Below, one piece after another: positions 63,290-64,000 of a stretch of DNA of 64,000 nucleotides. Numbering within the stretch: position 1 is the stretch's first letter; the number at the start of each line of letters is the position of its first letter. The notes below the pieces were generated by a model that did no database searches, was not told the origin of the DNA, and saw only the letters and a program-made list of their open reading frames with translations. The position numbers were made by a program, and so were the translations under genes. The DNA is from the human T2T-CHM13v2.0 reference genome, Homo sapiens, in the NCBI RefSeq assembly GCF_009914755.1, contig NC_060942.1; one strand, written 5' to 3'.

Positions 63290-64000
63290 ATCCACCCACA
63301 AGGATGGCTACAATACAAAAAAACAGAAAAATAAGAATTGTTGGCAAGGATGCAGAGAGGAGCCTACATACGATGCCAGTGGGAATGGGAAAATGGTGCA
63401 GCTGCTGTGGAAAGCACTTTGGCAGTTCCTCAAAAAGCTGAACGTAGAATTACCATGTGACTCAGGAATCCTACTCCTAGGTATATACCCAAAGAAACTA
63501 AAAATAGGTGTTCAAGAAATGCAAAACAAAACCACAATGAGATATTGCCTCACTCCTGTTAGTGTGGAATTTGAGGTTACAGTGAGCCATGATCATGCCT
63601 GTGAATAGCCACTACACTCCAGCCTGGGCGGGACCCTCTCTCTAAAAAAATAAAAATAAAAATAAAAATGAGGCTTGCTGCAGTGGTTCATGCTGCAATC
63701 CCAGTACTTTGGAAGGCCTAGATGGGAGGATTGCATGAGCCCAGGAGTTTTAGACCAGCCCAGGAAACATTTCGAGACCCTGTCTCTACAAAAAATTTTC
63801 AAAAATTAGCTGCGCATGGTGGCATGCACCTGTAGTCCCAGCTACTCAGGAGGCTGAGGCAGGCGAATCACTTGAACCTAGGAATTCAAGGCCATTGTGA
63901 GCTATGACTGTGTCACTGCACTCCAGTCTGGATGACAGAGTGAGACCCTGTCTCAATTAAAAAAAAAAAGAAAGAAAGAAAAGAAAAGAAAGAAAGAAAA
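63290..64000 (+). mobile_element. L1M 3' fragment, Alu right-arm fragment (63570-63668) and AluJ (63672-64000) with (GAAA)n tail
   Basis: direct reading. Confidence 0.8.

Noticed and set aside
56800-64000. TWSG1 exons or promoter, or a divergent lncRNA, near the right end
   Set aside because: No CpG island or TWSG1 peptide is visible, and lncRNA exons cannot be supported from sequence alone

Overview
Primate, almost certainly human, genomic DNA, not prokaryotic. The + strand carries the last four coding exons (3005-3103, 14741-14884, 18748-18843, 20140-20325) and long 3'UTR of ANKRD12, recognised from the ANKRD11/12 C-terminal peptide. From memory this is chr18p11.22, with TWSG1 beyond the right edge. 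The rest is repeat-dense: more than 40 Alu elements or fragments, a near full-length L1PA4-like element, an L1PB, a twin-primed L1PA, old L1M/L2/MIR, six solo LTRs and several DNA-transposon relics. Most ORF-track entries are Alu/L1 artefacts. I cannot demonstrate a new biological system. The most unusual signals are fossils of RNA capture or templated insertion: (1) an ~81-nt antisense 28S rRNA fragment inside an LTR12 that itself splits an Alu; (2) an L1 whose 5'UTR appears to have been spliced before integration; (3) an L1PB carrying an inverted ~425-bp copy of its own 3' end plus flank inside its 5'UTR; (4) an intronic U13 snoRNA retrocopy with TSDs; (5) a 21-copy 16-bp minisatellite; (6) three nested double hairpins. 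Repeat family names come from recalled consensus sequences, not a database search, and many repeat boundaries are approximate.
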